Source: Pseudobacteriovorax antillogorgiicola
GTDB taxonomy: Bacteria; Bdellovibrionota_B; Oligoflexia; Oligoflexales; RGVZ01
Direction: 5' to 3'
DNA: 64,000 bases
Assembly: GCA_945865565.1 (NCBI GenBank)
Contig: CAMBEK010000005.1
Location: forward strand, 54,056-118,055
Shown: positions 29,593 to 38,496 of the stretch, piece by piece
Position numbering within the stretch: position 1 is the stretch's first letter
Layout: each line of letters begins with the position of its first letter
Made by a program: the position numbers and the translations under genes
The notes under the pieces: model-generated
Told to the model about the DNA's origin: nothing
Database searches by the model: none
Seen by the model: the letters and a program-made list of their open reading frames with translations, nothing else

Positions 29593-30966
29593 TCAGACGA
29601 TTTCGCTAAGCAACCGATGCAATTGACCAGTCATATACAAAGGTAGTGATAGGAGCTTTAGTGAGTAGGTTCCGACTCCTTTTGCAGTCACCACGGACGG
29701 CTGACTCTGAGTCAATTGCGGAGGTTGCCCGCAAAGTTTGATAGCAAGTGGTGTTTGATTATGGGCCATCATGAATTGATGCAACGACCTGAGAGACCCT
29801 GTTGTTCCTGCTTTGACCTCGATGGGGACAAGCCAGCGGTCGTGTTGGACCAGAAAATCAATTTCGGCGCTAGACTGCCTTTGTTCTCGCTTCCAGTAGT
29901 AGAGCTCCGGAGGACGCTCGGCACCAGCTATCGTAGCGATATGCTGCGCCACAAATTGCTCCGCAAGGGGCCCTTCCCAGATGGTAACATCATCAAAGAG
30001 AGTAGAGCGTGGCAAAACTCCGAGTCCATGGCACGCTAATCCAACGTCGACAAAATATAGTTTTGCGGACGACTGATCTGCGGTCGCCCCAATGGGTAGT
30101 CCTTGCCCATCCGTGTGGAATGCCTTCCGGATTACACGCGCATAGTGGAAGAGTGCAAGAATATCGCGAGTTACGCTGCTTCGCTCTCCCGGAGCGATCT
30201 CTGCATATTTTATTTTGCGCCCAACAAAGCCGGGTGTCCGCGTAAAAATCTCATGCATCAACATAATTTTTGCGCGCTTACCATATTTATGAAAATCTTC
30301 GCGGTATGTTTGGAGGATCGATTGTTGGGTGGACGACCATTGGGGTGAGTTCGGGTTAGCCACAAACGCCTCGACAACCTCCGGCATCCCGCCAACCATC
30401 AAATACTCTCTGAGCCGCTTCATCAGCTGTTTATGAAGCTGATCTGGCCATAAGTCGCCCACGTGAAACGCTTGAAGGCGCTCAACCAAAAAATCCTCGC
30501 CTGCCGCTTGCAAATATTCTTCGAAACTCATGGGTTCAACGTGTAAAAACTCGATCCGCCCCACCGGCATGGAAAACTTTGCTTCGCTCAACGCAAATTC
30601 AAGCAAAGATCCTGCGGCGATCACCGGGATGTCCGGGTTCTGTTCATAAAAATAACGCAGGGCCGCCAAACAATGGGGAGTCGCCTGAATTTCATCGAGG
30701 AATAGCAAGCTTCCTTCGCGTCCAACGGGGCGGTGAAAGAAACTGCTAAGTTCTGCTATGATCAAAGGCATGTCTAATGTCTTAAAAACCGCGTCAAATG
30801 AAACCTGTTGTTCCAGGTTAATCTCGTCGAGCTCTAACCCCATTTCCCTTGCAAAAAGACGTACTAAACTCGACTTACCGACTTGCCGGGCACCCCGAAG
30901 CACAAGCGGTTTTCTTTTTTTACTGTTAAACCAGTTGGTTAGGTTTGTTTGAAGGATTCGTCTCAT
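29593..30966 (-). CDS. AAA_14 ATPase with DUF4143 domain (second, divergent)
   Basis: GARQVGKSS, FLDEIQ, GGMPE, EIDFLV...IEVKAG. Confidence 0.9.
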   Translation of the reverse strand: MRRILQTNLTNWFNSKKRKPLVLRGARQVGKSSLVRLFAREMGLELDEINLEQQVSFDAVFKTLDMPLIIAELSSFFHRPVGREGSLLFLDEIQATPHCLAALRYFYEQNPDIPVIAAGSLLEFALSEAKFSMPVGRIEFLHVEPMSFEEYLQAAGEDFLVERLQAFHVGDLWPDQLHKQLMKRLREYLMVGGMPEVVEAFVANPNSPQWSSTQQSILQTYREDFHKYGKRAKIMLMHEIFTRTPGFVGRKIKYAEIAPGERSSVTRDILALFHYARVIRKAFHTDGQGLPIGATADQSSAKLYFVDVGLACHGLGVLPRSTLFDDVTIWEGPLAEQFVAQHIATIAGAERPPELYYWKREQRQSSAEIDFLVQHDRWLVPIEVKAGTTGSLRSLHQFMMAHNQTPLAIKLCGQPPQLTQSQPSVVTAKGVGTYSLKLLSLPLYMTGQLHRLLSEIV

Positions 30967-31063
30967 GGGCTATATACCCTATAATAAATCACAAAAAGTG
31001 ATATTTGTAAGGGTATTTTAGAGCGCTAAAACGTCAAATGTCAATGTATTTACTGAGGACACC

Positions 31064-32002
31064 ATGCAGTTAACTTCGATCTTGACCCTAATCGCCCTGG
31101 CACTTCTGACAAATTGCGCCACAGCCGCAAGCCCGGCAAAAAATAAAACCAATTCACCTTTGCCGGTTTCTGACGCGACGCCGGTGCGAGACTTGGTTTT
31201 TGCGCAGCGCACGAAAGTTTTACTAAAAGCCGACTGGCATCCGGTAAACGGTTCGCCCCTCGCCCGTAACGGGAAAAATCCAGCGTGCATCGTGATTCAT
31301 GGCGGCGGCTGGTACAAGGGCGACAAGACGGACATGGAATCGATCTCCAGGCGGCTGGCACGCCGCGGAATCCCCTCCTTGAATATCAACTACCGCCTCG
31401 CCCCTGAATTTCGTTTCCCGTCGCCTGTTCTCGACACAAAGGATGCGATCCGATGGGTCAAAGCCAACTCCCAGGCCCTTGGGGTCGACCCCGCACGGAT
31501 TTGCATGTTTGGATACTCGGCGGGTGCCCATCTGGCCCTCATGAGCGGTTTTACCCGGCCGAAGGACGGGCTGGATGACACCACTCCCCCGACCGCACGG
31601 ATTTTTCGATTTGGTAGTCAGAGTGAGTTAATTCGCAAAATGCCCGCTGATCTGGGCGTAAAGGTGCTGGTCTCGGGTGGAACCCCAAGTGACCTCACGG
31701 AGGGCAATTACAACGAATATTACGAGAAGTTTTTTGGGCGCCCGCCGTCTGAGATTCCGGACACCTACCGGAAGGCCTCCCCCGTGACGTACGTACGCCG
31801 TGGACTGCCACCCGTGTTTCTTTATCACGGCAATCAGGACTGGATTGTTGACGTCGAGCAGTCCCGGCGGCTTGCCGTGAACCTTAAAAAACAGGACGTT
31901 GATACGGAGTATCTCGAGGTGACTTTAGGACACGTCGCGACGTTCCTGTTCGACGACAAGGAAGTCAACGCAGCCATGAACTTCCTGGAATCCCGGATCT
32001 AG
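31064..32002 (+). CDS. Exported alpha/beta hydrolase (BD-FAE/HSL-like)
   Basis: HGGGW, NYRLAP, GYSAG, HGNQD, GH. Confidence 0.9.
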   Translation: MQLTSILTLIALALLTNCATAASPAKNKTNSPLPVSDATPVRDLVFAQRTKVLLKADWHPVNGSPLARNGKNPACIVIHGGGWYKGDKTDMESISRRLARRGIPSLNINYRLAPEFRFPSPVLDTKDAIRWVKANSQALGVDPARICMFGYSAGAHLALMSGFTRPKDGLDDTTPPTARIFRFGSQSELIRKMPADLGVKVLVSGGTPSDLTEGNYNEYYEKFFGRPPSEIPDTYRKASPVTYVRRGLPPVFLYHGNQDWIVDVEQSRRLAVNLKKQDVDTEYLEVTLGHVATFLFDDKEVNAAMNFLESRI

Positions 32003-32033
32003 GGCTGGGTGGCCCCAGATCCTGCCTTGGCCA

Positions 32034-33074
32034 TCAGAAATACTTTTTCAAATTAACAGCGAATAGTGAGTTCTCAGAAGATAATTTCGTCGTCCCGCTT
32101 TCATCCGTCTCAGATTTAGTCGACTTTAATTGGACCTGGTACGCTAGATCCGCCTGCATCGAATTACCAAACCGGGCTTTATACTTCGCGCCGACATTGG
32201 TGCCACCGATGCTGCCGGAATCAAAACCAGCAACCGATTTATAATATTTGGGCTGATATTCCGCGACGAAGGCGAACTGCTGCCGGTCGGTAACTTTGCC
32301 CTCCATTCCAACGACAAAACTCGCCTTGTCATCGTATTCTTTGTAGATCGCATTGTAGGCGTGCAAACCAATGCCGGCCGAAAGGTTGAAACGCTCGCGC
32401 ATCAGAGTCGCCCCAAGCGAGACGGCAGGCTCCTCGTTCGACTCAAGGTAACCTTCCCTTACATTCGCACCAGGCGTATAGGAAAACACATATTCAATGC
32501 CCGCCTTGCGCATTGCCGCACTAAACTCGAATAGGTTGTACAAAATGCTCTCATCCGAAGCATCGATGTCAGGCACACTAAATCGATATTGCTCGTTGAT
32601 TGAACTTATTTTTGCACCCACAGCTAGGTTGTCATTCGCAAGAAAAGACACCAGTATACTGGTCGACTCCGCCTCGAACTTTTGCGATGCCTTGGCCGCC
32701 TCATCTGACCCACTCAAAGGAATCTTGAACGCTGATTTCACCCCTAGCGACGTCCGTTCAAGCCCCAGCCTCATCGTTCCTTTATCCAAAGGCTCCGTCA
32801 TTCCGGCAAAGGTGTGCCCGGTACCAATTGACCGGGCTTTTATATTACCGACGGTACCGTCTGCGCCGCCAGAAAGTAAACCAAGGCTGAGGAACGGCAA
32901 CTTCTCAAATGCATAGCCAGCCGGCACGAACAGGGCCGATGTATCCGATGGGTAAAGCAGCGTTTCTTTCCCCGTCTCTTGCCCCGCATCTTGCCCGGCC
33001 TCTAGATCCGCGTATGCAGTGGATGCTGCAACGCCGAAAGAAAATGCAAAGATGGTCTTCAGAACGTTTCTCAT
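32034..33074 (-). CDS. Hypothetical outer-membrane beta-barrel protein
   Basis: Signal peptide ending AYA, alternating strands, terminal YF; GAGGT upstream of ATG 33074. Confidence 0.6.
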   Translation of the reverse strand: MRNVLKTIFAFSFGVAASTAYADLEAGQDAGQETGKETLLYPSDTSALFVPAGYAFEKLPFLSLGLLSGGADGTVGNIKARSIGTGHTFAGMTEPLDKGTMRLGLERTSLGVKSAFKIPLSGSDEAAKASQKFEAESTSILVSFLANDNLAVGAKISSINEQYRFSVPDIDASDESILYNLFEFSAAMRKAGIEYVFSYTPGANVREGYLESNEEPAVSLGATLMRERFNLSAGIGLHAYNAIYKEYDDKASFVVGMEGKVTDRQQFAFVAEYQPKYYKSVAGFDSGSIGGTNVGAKYKARFGNSMQADLAYQVQLKSTKSETDESGTTKLSSENSLFAVNLKKYF

Positions 33075-33106
33075 ACCTGACACCTCAAAAAAAATGAGAC
33101 AAATTG

Positions 33107-33568
33107 CTACGGATAAAACTTGAACAGCCGCGCCGTGAAGTAGGCTGGGCCAACCAAAGCCTGCAAAAGATTCGTGAAAAATGACGGGTGCTGCTTTTCC
33201 CAGATGTAATGTCCGCTGAACTGGATCAACCATCCCACGACCGCAAGGGCGATCACCACGCCAGCTGGCGTGTGCCAGCCCAATACGAGGCAAGCCAGCA
33301 TGTAAACCGTCAGGATGGCGCCAAGGCGCAAGTCGTTGCGGAGGTACCACGACCCTGCGATCACGATTGCCAGAGTTCCACCGGAAAGGCGCAGCCCGTC
33401 GCCGTTTGCCGTTGCCATGGCAAACACGGGCCCAAAGTGGATCCAGTCCAGCATGGCGATAATATGAAAAAGGATGACTGGAATCGCGACCTTATGGGTC
33501 AGCTGATTGGTCGGATGGCGGTGGCCACTTTCGTATTCTCTGAATAGCTCGATCAGCCTGGGGGTCAT
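33107..33568 (-). CDS. Mpo1/DUF962 family membrane protein
   Basis: Y...HRHPTN..TH, WLIQFSGH..WEK.HP. Confidence 0.88.
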   Translation of the reverse strand: MTPRLIELFREYESGHRHPTNQLTHKVAIPVILFHIIAMLDWIHFGPVFAMATANGDGLRLSGGTLAIVIAGSWYLRNDLRLGAILTVYMLACLVLGWHTPAGVVIALAVVGWLIQFSGHYIWEKQHPSFFTNLLQALVGPAYFTARLFKFYP

Positions 33569-33658
33569 GTTTTCTCCCGATAACGTCGTCAAAATCTGGC
33601 GCATTGGAGTTGCTTGAATTTTCGTGCTAATCCAATCTTACATTGAATGGGTGGTCTT

Positions 33659-35770
33659 GTGGAAATCAGGGCGTTTGCGGAACAGGTCCTGTTCGGCTCA
33701 AACATCGCAGATAAAACTTCGGCTCCCGTCGGCATCCGCCCATTTACCGACGAGGTGCCTGGCCCGGCTTTGGACGCGCCGCCGACTTTGCCCGGCCGCC
33801 CTCCTGAACTCGCCTTTGACCGCCGCCTGCCCCACGCCGCACAGTTTCCTGGTGCCGGGAAATTATCCGACCCGCGCGGCCGGGGCATGGTCCTGCACTA
33901 CTTTGCCAACCACGAACTTTTGGCCCTTGAGGTCATGGCCCTTGCTTTGCTGCGCTTTCCCGATGCGCCGAAATCTTTTCGAGCAGGCATTGCACGCACG
34001 ATGGTTGAAGAGCAATCCCACCTGAAACTTTACATTGAACGAATGGCAGAACTTGGCGTGACGTTCGGCACGATGCCAGTGAACAGTTTCTTCTGGCGCA
34101 CGATGAAAGACATCGCCACACCACTGGAATATTCTGCAGCGATGTCACTGACGTTTGAGCAGGCGAATTTAGATTTTGCCGAGCACTATGAAAAATCCTT
34201 CCGGGAATTAGGCGACGAGAAAACGGCTGACATTTTGCGTCAGATTCACGACGACGAGATCCGCCACGTTGAACATGGTGTGATCTGGCTGAAAAGATTT
34301 GAGTCCGAAAAAACACTTTGGGATGCCTACCGCGAGCACCTGCGATTTCCGCTGACCCCGAGCCGGGCCAAGGGCCCTGTCTTTGACGAGGCGGGGCGGG
34401 CGCGGGCTGGTTTGGATGCGGAGTTCATTTCTCAACTTAAAGTATTCAGCTCTTCGAAGGGACGTCCTGCAGATTTATGGATGTTCAATCCAGGTTGTGA
34501 GCGTGAACTTGCAGCCGGAACAAAAACGCCTTTTTTCCAGGGCAATGCATCGTTCATTGAACGTGACTTGGCGCCGCTATTGATGTTTCTTGCGGCGACT
34601 GACGACGTGGTTATGGTGAGTCAAAAGCCGTCCCTGCCCTTCCTGTCACAGATGAAGTCCGCGGGGTTTTCTCTTCCCGAGTTTATCGAAACCGGCGACG
34701 TTCCTGATGCCACTACTATTTTAAAATCCCTGGGCAGCCGTAAATTAGGTGTGCTGCATCCATGGGGAGAAACTCCTGCTGCGATGGCATGGGCCAAGCC
34801 TCTGGCAACCATCCTTCGTGGAATGCCGGATCCATGGCCCACGGGATTCACCTCGTTTTTCAGCAAGGATTTTGCCGCGCGCATTGCGCCCGATGCCTAT
34901 TCTGGCCGTCGCTGCGAAAACATGGCGGAGGTTCAAGTCGTCGCCAACGACGTGCAACGCGCCGGGCACACACACCTTGCCGTGAAACCAGTGCTTGGTG
35001 CTTCGGGACTGGGCCTTCGCCGCATCGCCCTTGAAAATCGCAGTCCCGACGGAATCCAAATCACGGAAAAAATAAAATTTCCCTGCATCGCGGAACCTTG
35101 GCTGGATAAAATTTGTGACCTCAGCGTCCTGTTTAAAGTTGAATCGACCGGTCCCGTCCGCGTTCGCGTCCTCGGCATCACGCGGCCTTTGATTGACCGA
35201 ACCGGAAAATATTGTGGCCACGCCCTGGGCCGCCCGTTCAGTTTTCCCGATGCCAATGGCAAAGCCTTTGATCAGGATTTTTTCGGCAAGCTTTATCCGG
35301 GGTGGATGGACCAACTGCGCGAGGCTGCACTGCAGTGCGGCGAACAAATGCACGCCGCTGGCTTTTCAGGACCCGCAGGGATTGACGCGATGGTTTTTCG
35401 CGAGCCCGGACCGCAACCAGTGCAGAGCCGGCCTTTAAGGCTGCGCCCGGTCGTTGAAATTAATCCGCGTTATTCCATGGGACGGGTTGCTGCTGCTTTG
35501 GAACACGGTTTGGCCCGAGGGCATACGGCGATCTGGCTGCACATTCACAACAAGCTCCTGCAGCGAAGCGGCTGCGACACTTTCGCCGCCTTTGCCAAAG
35601 AAATGACACGGCGGTTTCCCCTTGAAACTGTTACCACTGCAGGTGCAGTAAATGTGAAGAGTGGTTTTCTTCCAACCACAGATCCAGAAATTGCAAACGG
35701 CATCCTGACCGCGCTCTTCGCTGGCCAGGATGCCGCAACCTTTGCCTGGAATCTGCTTTACGCCGAGTGA
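33659..35770 (+). CDS. DUF455 ferritin-like domain fused to pre-ATP-grasp/ATP-grasp domain
   Basis: NHELLALE, EEQSH, FEQANLD, DEIRH; then VKPVLGASGLG, EPWL, GPAGIDAM, EINPRYSMG. Start GTG 33659 or ATG 33647. Confidence 0.8.
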   Translation: MEIRAFAEQVLFGSNIADKTSAPVGIRPFTDEVPGPALDAPPTLPGRPPELAFDRRLPHAAQFPGAGKLSDPRGRGMVLHYFANHELLALEVMALALLRFPDAPKSFRAGIARTMVEEQSHLKLYIERMAELGVTFGTMPVNSFFWRTMKDIATPLEYSAAMSLTFEQANLDFAEHYEKSFRELGDEKTADILRQIHDDEIRHVEHGVIWLKRFESEKTLWDAYREHLRFPLTPSRAKGPVFDEAGRARAGLDAEFISQLKVFSSSKGRPADLWMFNPGCERELAAGTKTPFFQGNASFIERDLAPLLMFLAATDDVVMVSQKPSLPFLSQMKSAGFSLPEFIETGDVPDATTILKSLGSRKLGVLHPWGETPAAMAWAKPLATILRGMPDPWPTGFTSFFSKDFAARIAPDAYSGRRCENMAEVQVVANDVQRAGHTHLAVKPVLGASGLGLRRIALENRSPDGIQITEKIKFPCIAEPWLDKICDLSVLFKVESTGPVRVRVLGITRPLIDRTGKYCGHALGRPFSFPDANGKAFDQDFFGKLYPGWMDQLREAALQCGEQMHAAGFSGPAGIDAMVFREPGPQPVQSRPLRLRPVVEINPRYSMGRVAAALEHGLARGHTAIWLHIHNKLLQRSGCDTFAAFAKEMTRRFPLETVTTAGAVNVKSGFLPTTDPEIANGILTALFAGQDAATFAWNLLYAE

Positions 35771-35771
35771 C
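35687..35771 (+). repeat. 85-bp direct repeat, copy 1
   Basis: Matches 36405-36489 with one G/A mismatch. Confidence 0.95.
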
Positions 35772-35846
35772 TAATATCCCAGAAAAGGCCCGGGTGCGGG
35801 AATTGGCCTGGTATGTTATATTTTTTTGAAGTTTGAGGGAGGTCCA

Positions 35847-36110
35847 GTGGCCAAGCCAATCGTAAATAAATGGGCCTTCTCGCCACACGCGGCGACTCGT
35901 ATGATGGAACGCAATATCTCGGTTGAGACAATTCAACAATTGATTGAGACACCAGATCTTGTCCTTGCGCAGGGACCGAAATGGTTGTTCGCGAAGTCAT
36001 TTGACGTACGTCACGACAATTTGGTTGCAGCAGTTCTGTTGGAAAGAAAGGACAGGGAATTATGGATCGTACTCACGGTCATGGTAAATTTTCAAGCCAG
36101 GGTAAAGTAA
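35847..36110 (+). CDS. DUF4258-like toxin
   Basis: FSPHAATRMMERNIS...P D...IVLTV; GGAGGT before GTG 35847. Confidence 0.8.
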   Translation: MAKPIVNKWAFSPHAATRMMERNISVETIQQLIETPDLVLAQGPKWLFAKSFDVRHDNLVAAVLLERKDRELWIVLTVMVNFQARVK

Positions 36111-36349
36111 AGGCAAAAGACAAGAAAACGACTCGAACATCGAACAAGGACCAGTTTCCGTTCGTGTCCATCGATAAAGATTCGGATTTTGCTGCGATCA
36201 AACTTGCGGCCGGAATCGAGGCCAAAAGCTACCTCAAGGACGGCGTCTTGTTTTCCGAGGACGCAAAGGGTCGCGTGATCGAACTTCAAATTTTGAACGT
36301 AAGTCTCACAACCAAATCATACCCAAAAAAGCCTGGTAAAGCGGGTTAA
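36062..36349 (+). CDS. DUF2283-like antitoxin
   Basis: DKDSDFAAIKL...DGVLFSEDAKGRVIELQILN; start uncertain. Confidence 0.7.
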   Translation: MDRTHGHGKFSSQGKVKAKDKKTTRTSNKDQFPFVSIDKDSDFAAIKLAAGIEAKSYLKDGVLFSEDAKGRVIELQILNVSLTTKSYPKKPGKAG

Positions 36350-36404
36350 TGCAGACCTTCAAAAAAAGATTTTTCTTCCAACCATAGATCGTGACAGATG
36401 GTGG

Positions 36405-36489
36405 GAAATTGCAAACGGCATCCTGACCGCGCTCTTCGCTGGCCAGAATGCCGCAACCTTTGCCTGGAATCTGCTTTACGCCGAGTGAC
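36405..36489 (+). repeat. 85-bp direct repeat, copy 2
   Basis: Contains the stop codon of the convergent 112-aa gene. Confidence 0.95.
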
Positions 36490-36814
36490 GAGCGCCGCGA
36501 CCGGCAACACCTTTTTTCGCATGTCCCGCAACGTGACTCATACACTGGGCAACGATGCCCTTTGAATGCGCAGCCTTGTAGCTGGACGGAGCGCCATGCT
36601 TCCATGCGTCCTCGGAATCAAAGCGGCGAGCAACCTTGGACAAGCGGGCCATCGTCCATTCTGGTTTTTTGGCCTTGTCTTCCAAGCTGTCATTGCTTTT
36701 CTTGGCTGGCTTCTTTTTTTCCTTCGCGGCGCCTTCGGCCGGCTTTGCACCTTTTTCCTCGGCTTTGGCTTCGTGACCGTGAGCGCCTGCCGCTGCGGCT
36801 GTATCTTTAACCAT
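36476..36814 (-). CDS. Small basic hypothetical protein
   Basis: GGAGGT RBS; Lys/Ala N-region then WT...A..F...SSYKAA...G module. Confidence 0.75.
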   Translation of the reverse strand: MVKDTAAAAGAHGHEAKAEEKGAKPAEGAAKEKKKPAKKSNDSLEDKAKKPEWTMARLSKVARRFDSEDAWKHGAPSSYKAAHSKGIVAQCMSHVAGHAKKGVAGRGARHSA

Positions 36815-36865
36815 GGGACCTCCCTGAAGGGTTCAGCAGGCAATAATCGCCTGCCCTCTACAGGG

Positions 36866-36892
36866 GTTTCGGATTGCAATCGCCGTGCTTGA
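36866..36892 (-). promoter_or_regulatory. Putative sigma28 promoter
   Basis: Minus strand TCAA-N15-TCCGAAAC. Confidence 0.55.
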
Positions 36893-37017
36893 TGAGTGGG
36901 TTCATTTTTATTGGACGGAATGGGCTAGCCAGACTAAAGCAAGGCCCCGTTAACAAAACGAAAAACAAATCATTTTGCCATCTCGCCAACACAACCAACT
37001 CATGCCAAACTGGCCCT

Positions 37018-38496
37018 ATGTCAATGCGCCTCATGATCTCGCTCATTATTTCAGCCTTAACCTTGGCCGGCCTCTTCATTGCACTAGTCTGGGTGCCGGC
37101 TGAAGCAGCCTACACTTCATACTGCCTCAACAATTACGACCTCGGGATATACGGCCAGGCCCTTTTTCAACTGTCCCTGAAAAATCCAAATCCATGGCTG
37201 AGTGTCCGTGAAATAAATATCTTCAACGATCATTTCGATCCCATTTTATTTTTTTTGGCCCCATTCAAGTTCCTGGCCCATCCAGCTACACTCTTGATTC
37301 GTTTTGAGATGTCGATCGCCCTCGCCACCGCCGCAACATTTTTGATGATGGCGCAACAGCGTGCGATTACTTTTGCCGCCGCAATGTTCATGGCTGCCTT
37401 CGTCTTGTTCAACCCCGCCAGTCTGGGATCTTTCACGTTTCCCGCACATCCGGGCACATGGGCCATACTGCCGCTGACTTGGACGTGTTGGTTTCTCTGG
37501 CGTGAAAAATGGCGTGCCGCACTTTTCACGTTTTTTTTCTGCCTGCTCTGCAAGGAAGAATATCCCGTTGTTGGAATTGCGGTGGGACTCACCATGATCG
37601 CCGTCAGCAACATGATCACCTTGAACGCCTCTGGACGTCGAAGGTCGGGCGCAGAATTCCTGGGCTTGTCGTTGCTGTGGGCGTTTCTTGCCTTTGCACT
37701 TCGCCCCGCTCTCCTTGGTCACGCGGGGCAGTACACAGGTACAGTGAAACAAGCGTCGGGTCTCAGAGAACTTCTGCAATGGGATTCGTTCCGTGAGATT
37801 GCCATTTGGTCCATGCGATGGACTTTGCCCCTGATCGCTATTTTAATCCCCGCGTTGTGGACCATCGTCAGGTCTGACCGAAAATTTCCACCACAGGCCT
37901 CTCTGGCGAAAATCGCGCCTGTGATCGCAATTTTTCTTGCGTTGCTCGCCATACGCGCGACGGGCGGTTGGTGGTTTTCCCATCGCAGCATCCCCTTGGC
38001 CACGACAGCTGCTTTTTTGACCATGCAACTTGTGTCGTTTTATCAGTGGCGGGGGCGTGGCTGGAATTTCACATGGGCCATTGCAGGAATATTTTTAGTC
38101 CTGACGGCCCATCAAAGCCTTCGTCCTGCCCTGCGTTATTGGCAGGGCAAGGACATGGCATCCCATTGCCCGTCACAGCCATCACGCGTCGCAAGCCTGG
38201 ATCAGGCAGTCGCCATGCTTCTGGCGCGCCCAGATGGAAAGGCTCTGGTCCAAGGCAACATCCTGCCACATCTGGTTGAACGAAATGCAGTCCATCATTT
38301 GGGCGCGACTGCAGAGGCCCCCGAGTCATTTCAATGGCTGCTCGTTGAAAAAAACAAACTTGGGGCAACCTGGCCTGCGGCCCCCGGTGTTGTTGCCACC
38401 ACCGTCAACACCTGGCTGGCCCTGCCCGGAGTAAAACCCATCATCGATGACGAAAACGTTCTTATGCTCGAACGACCTGACCTGCGATCACTCTGA
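37018..38496 (+). CDS. DUF2079 family membrane protein (GT-C-like)
   Basis: YDLGIYGQA, DHFDP, KEE; many TM helices. Confidence 0.8.
   Translation: MSMRLMISLIISALTLAGLFIALVWVPAEAAYTSYCLNNYDLGIYGQALFQLSLKNPNPWLSVREINIFNDHFDPILFFLAPFKFLAHPATLLIRFEMSIALATAATFLMMAQQRAITFAAAMFMAAFVLFNPASLGSFTFPAHPGTWAILPLTWTCWFLWREKWRAALFTFFFCLLCKEEYPVVGIAVGLTMIAVSNMITLNASGRRRSGAEFLGLSLLWAFLAFALRPALLGHAGQYTGTVKQASGLRELLQWDSFREIAIWSMRWTLPLIAILIPALWTIVRSDRKFPPQASLAKIAPVIAIFLALLAIRATGGWWFSHRSIPLATTAAFLTMQLVSFYQWRGRGWNFTWAIAGIFLVLTAHQSLRPALRYWQGKDMASHCPSQPSRVASLDQAVAMLLARPDGKALVQGNILPHLVERNAVHHLGATAEAPESFQWLLVEKNKLGATWPAAPGVVATTVNTWLALPGVKPIIDDENVLMLERPDLRSL

Noticed and set aside
27400..31060. Flanking direct repeats or an integrase for the MNT-HEPN/ATPase islet
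   Set aside because: None seen by eye, so not called a mobile element.
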